This document shows, one piece after another, positions 59,945 to 64,000 of a stretch of 64,000 bases of DNA; the stretch's first letter is position 1; every line of letters begins with the position of its first letter. Under the pieces are notes generated by a model. It had not been told where the DNA came from. It did not search any database and saw only the letters and a list, made by a program, of their open reading frames with translations. A program made the position numbers and the translations under genes. This DNA is from the human T2T-CHM13v2.0 reference genome, Homo sapiens: the NCBI RefSeq assembly GCF_009914755.1, contig NC_060927.1; one strand, given 5' to 3'.

Positions 59945-62039
59945 CAGTCAATGACTTGTTCTATCTGGAGTATTTTCGTATTTTGCATGAAAGAAAGATG
60001 GTCAAAATATGTATCAGACCTCAAATCAAATTAAAGCCCAGAAGATTTCATTGCCATTCTGCTTTTTGTTTCATACATAAATTTACATAAAATTGAGTTA
60101 CTTAAGATTTCATATCTGTTTCAATTTTCTTCCCATTTTAGACATTCTAAAATGAAAAGCGATTTAATAGAACACTGCATTAATTGTTTTAGGAGAGTTA
60201 CACAATCAACTCAGCTATTTTCTAATTTAACTTCGGGAGACACTATTGTTCTTTTGCATATTCTCCCTAGTTATAATTTGTAAATTATTCACATTCATAG
60301 CCACTAAAAGAAACATTAACAGAAAGAGTGTTATCAACAGGCAGTAAAATGACAACTGGGAGGCCTGGACTTTCCTTTAATATTTTAAATGATCATTTGA
60401 CCTTCATGAAGGGAATTTATCTTGCATAGTATCATTCCATAAGAATTAATAATTATATACACTGAAGACTTTTGAGTGAGGTGTCTGTCAGTTACTTTCT
60501 TTTGACACAAGTAAGCATTAAGAGTATTCCTATTGTTGGGACCAATAAAGTACTAGTACTTTTACTAATATAGTAACCATTAAGAATAATCCAGTTTATT
60601 AGATATATTAAAAGTTTGACGGTGAGTTTCTGAATACCTTTACAGAAGGTCATGTTCAACTTAAAAACCTACATTATAAAAACTGACAGAAATGTCAGTT
60701 CTGAGAAGACTGACAGCCACACTTAACATATAATATTTCTGACTTCAGAATTAAATAATTCTTATACAGATGATTGTAAATCTTGCCTTACATGTTTTCC
60801 GCCGATCTACTACACTAAGAATATCTGCATTTGGTTGAAGTTTAAGCAAATCCCTGTTGGGGGTGTTGTTGTATAAGGAATTAACTATTTTTGTCTGTGG
60901 CCCATTTGCTGTTCTTTTCCATCTCAATAGTTTGATTAATCTCTACTGGGTATTAGGAATTAGGACCTACTGTTAAAAGTTCTCAAATATCTCAATTCAT
61001 TGCTGCATTTTTTCTTATGATAATTCCTGAATCCGTAACACGCCTGCAGTACCCAGTTTTCCTGTTAGTTTTGTTTTGTACTTCTTTCCTGCATGCGTTA
61101 ACCAGACATTTCCTTTCCTCTATAATAATAATTCACTGTGAATCTTTCATTTTGCTGTTTAGAGACCCCTTAACATCCTTTTTTGACTATATGAATACAT
61201 GTCTTTTCTGTTGAAACATAACCTAAGGGAGCAAACGTACTTTTTTATTATTATTATTCAAAAGGGTTAGTCTTATGCGCTACTAGCTCATTATTCGTTT
61301 TATTCTATTCTGTCCTTCAGTTGAACTGAATAAAAGATGCACAGAAAGATGAATCTTAAAAAGGAGAATAAGTTATCTCTTCAAGCAAATGGAATTCAGC
61401 TCACACTTCACTACAAACTCAGGTGGATAGTATAGCATTATAACTTCAATTTACTAAAATATAATATTCCTCAAATATGTTGGGAATTAAAAGGTATTTT
61501 TAATATTACATAACCTCTTTACCATATATTGCTCACATAGGTAATACCAGTATTCCAATTACTGGGGGTAGGTAGTGGTGGGGCTCAAGAAAAAAAACAA
61601 AATAAAAAAACCAAAAAAGTTTTGGTTACCTACATTTGAGGTTTACAGGGACTAATTCTTTCTGAAAGTCATGATTCATGAACATTTGAGTCTCCCTTAT
61701 CACTGACCAGCCACAGGACCATAAAATGAAGCAACACACTGCTCTGTTCTCAATATTTTCAAACACTGTGCCTTTCTTTCCTACTAGATTTTTGCCTTCT
61801 AAATCAGTTACAAAATTGTATTTATCATTGTAGGCCTAAAGCTTAGCATAGTTTCTTGCTCTTCTCATGCTGATAGAAAGAATGGAAGCAAGAATGAAAG
61901 AAGAATGCAGATGAGGAGGCAGGAAGACAAAAAATGTAGGAGAAAAACAAATTGGCACAATAGTCTACCTACTTTACAAAGCTATTGTAAAGACGAAATA
62001 TGTGGAAAATGCCTGAAAAAGAAAACATTATAGTAAAAA

Positions 62040-62392
62040 TATTATGTATTTGTTTTGCTATATGCCAGGCACTATTATATGCATGTATGTATACACACAG
62101 ATATATGTGTATTTTGTACATGTATATATGTGTATACATATATATGTGTGTGTGTATTTGTATGTGTATATATATGTGTGTGTTTATATACATGTATGTG
62201 TGTATATATGTATGTGCATGTGTGTGTGTGTATTCCAAGTTTTTCAACAACCCTTTGAAGTTGATGCTATAGCTTTCATATTACAGGGAGGAAACTGTGT
62301 CTCTAGGAAGAAAAGTAAACTTTCTAAGATTTCAAAGCTGGAAAGTGGCAGAAACAAGATTTTCACCCAGTCTGTCTAACCAAAGAGCACCT
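62040..62392 (-). mobile_element. MIR containing an expanded (TA/TG)n microsatellite (about 62078-62232)
   Basis: CTATATGCCAGGCACTATT ... ACAACCCTTTGAAGTTG ... TTACAGGGAGGAAACTG ... CCCAGTCTGTCTAAC. Confidence 0.85.
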
Positions 62393-62549
62393 TATTCTAA
62401 TATTCATTTAAAAATGAAATGTTATTTAATTTCAATTTGAGAAAAATTATAATCTACCTTAGTTCAAATAAGGCTAATTCATTAAAATGAGAATTTATCT
62501 ATTGTATTTTTTTATCTCTCTCCTGACTTTCAACATTTCATCAAGCAAG

Positions 62550-63083
62550 AAAACAAGAAGGAACAAATGAATGAAAGAAAGAAGAAAGGAAAAACGGAAA
62601 GAATGAGAAAGAGAGAAGAGAAAGAGGGGAAGGGAAAAGAGAGGAAAGAAAGGAAGGGGAGTGGGAGGGAGGAGGGGGAAGGGAGGGAAGGAGGAAGGAA
62701 GAAAGGGAGGAAGGGAGGAAAGAAGGTAGGGAGGAAAAGAGAAAAGAAGGAAGGGAGGGAGGAAGGGAGGCAGGCAGGCAGGGAGGGAGGGAGAAAGGAA
62801 GGAAAGAAGGTAGAGAGGTAGGAAGGAAGGAAGAAAGGAAGGCGGGAAAGAAGGAAGAAAGGAAGGAAAGAAGGTAGAGAGGTAGGAAGGAAGGAAGAAA
62901 GGAAGGCGGGAAAGAAGGAAGAAAGGAAGGAAAGAAGGTAGAGAGGAAGGAAGGAAGGAAGAAAGGAAGGCGGGAAAGAAGGAAGAAAGGAAGGAAAGAA
63001 GGTAGAGAGGAAGGAAGGAAGGGAGGAAGGAAGGAAGGAAGGAAGGGAGGGAGGGAGGGGAAAAAGGGAAAAGAAAAGAGAAA
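62550..63083. repeat. Polypurine tract containing a 64-bp minisatellite (about 3.5 copies, 62793-63020)
   Basis: TAGAGAGG recurs at 62811, 62875, 62939 and 63003; the C of GGCGGG recurs at 62843, 62907 and 62971. Confidence 0.95.
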
Positions 63084-63400
63084 GTCTCTTCTGTCCTCCA
63101 AGCCCACATTTTTAAACTGTCTATGGTTTCAAATATTTCTGATCATCACATTGTTGCAGATTCGAGGTGTGCATTATGAAATTTTTACTTTCTATATTTG
63201 GCATCAATTAAAAAACCTACATTATTATTTTCTAGGGTATTACTCAGATAAATTCATTTGATGATAGCTAGTGGATCTTTTGAAGATATCATTTTCAATT
63301 CAACAAAAGAATGGTTTCAGCATACTCTAAGAAATTAGAAATCAATCCCCAATATTATATATTTTATCTCCTTTATTTAACTGCTCTAGGTCATATTATT

Positions 63401-63684
<284 letters not shown>

Positions 63685-64000
63685 TCTAGGTCATATTATT
63701 AAAATTAATTGTCTAGCCTTGTCAGGTATATGTTGAAAATATTTGCCTAGATATCTAGTCCTCAGGTTCTCTCTGTACAGGGTTATAGATATATTATTTA
63801 TGAATGATAAAGTAAAAAGCTATACCTAGGTTTTCGCCATAACATTGAAATTTACAACTCAGAAATCTAACATCGATTGTTTACTTCATATTCCAAATGC
63901 AAAAATTTTCAGTACAATTACAGACAATAATAGGAATTAAAATATATTTATAAATTTAATATAATCACTATATACATATACATAGTTTTAAACTAAGTGG

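Noticed and set aside
61969-63109. Long overlapping ORFs, up to 204 aa
   Set aside because: They are translations of (TA/TG)n and (CCTT)n repeats, which lack stop codons by composition.

Overview
AT-rich, repeat-dense primate (human-like) genomic DNA that looks like a gene desert or a deep intron. I find no credible protein-coding exon, RNA gene or CpG island. The supplied ORFs are Alu, L1 or LTR read-throughs, simple-repeat translations or chance AT-rich ORFs. The window holds seven full-length or compound Alus plus two fragments, and young and old L1s (two L1PA copies with target-site duplications (TSDs), L1PB, L1M). It also holds MaLR, ERVL and ERV1 LTRs (THE1, MLT1/MST, MLT2A, MER4), MIR/L2/L3 relics, a MER5 and a rearranged MADE1. 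I cannot support a new biological system here. The most notable structure is mutational: an 83-bp unique segment present twice 2.36 kb apart, a near-perfect 116-bp tandem duplication inside an old L1, two twin-priming L1 inversions, two three-armed Alus, a fold-back micro-duplication in a THE1 LTR and a 64-bp higher-order purine VNTR. A few non-repeat patches rich in CpG and transcription-factor motifs may be conserved enhancers. Subfamily names come from recalled consensus features, were not computed, and need RepeatMasker/Dfam confirmation.
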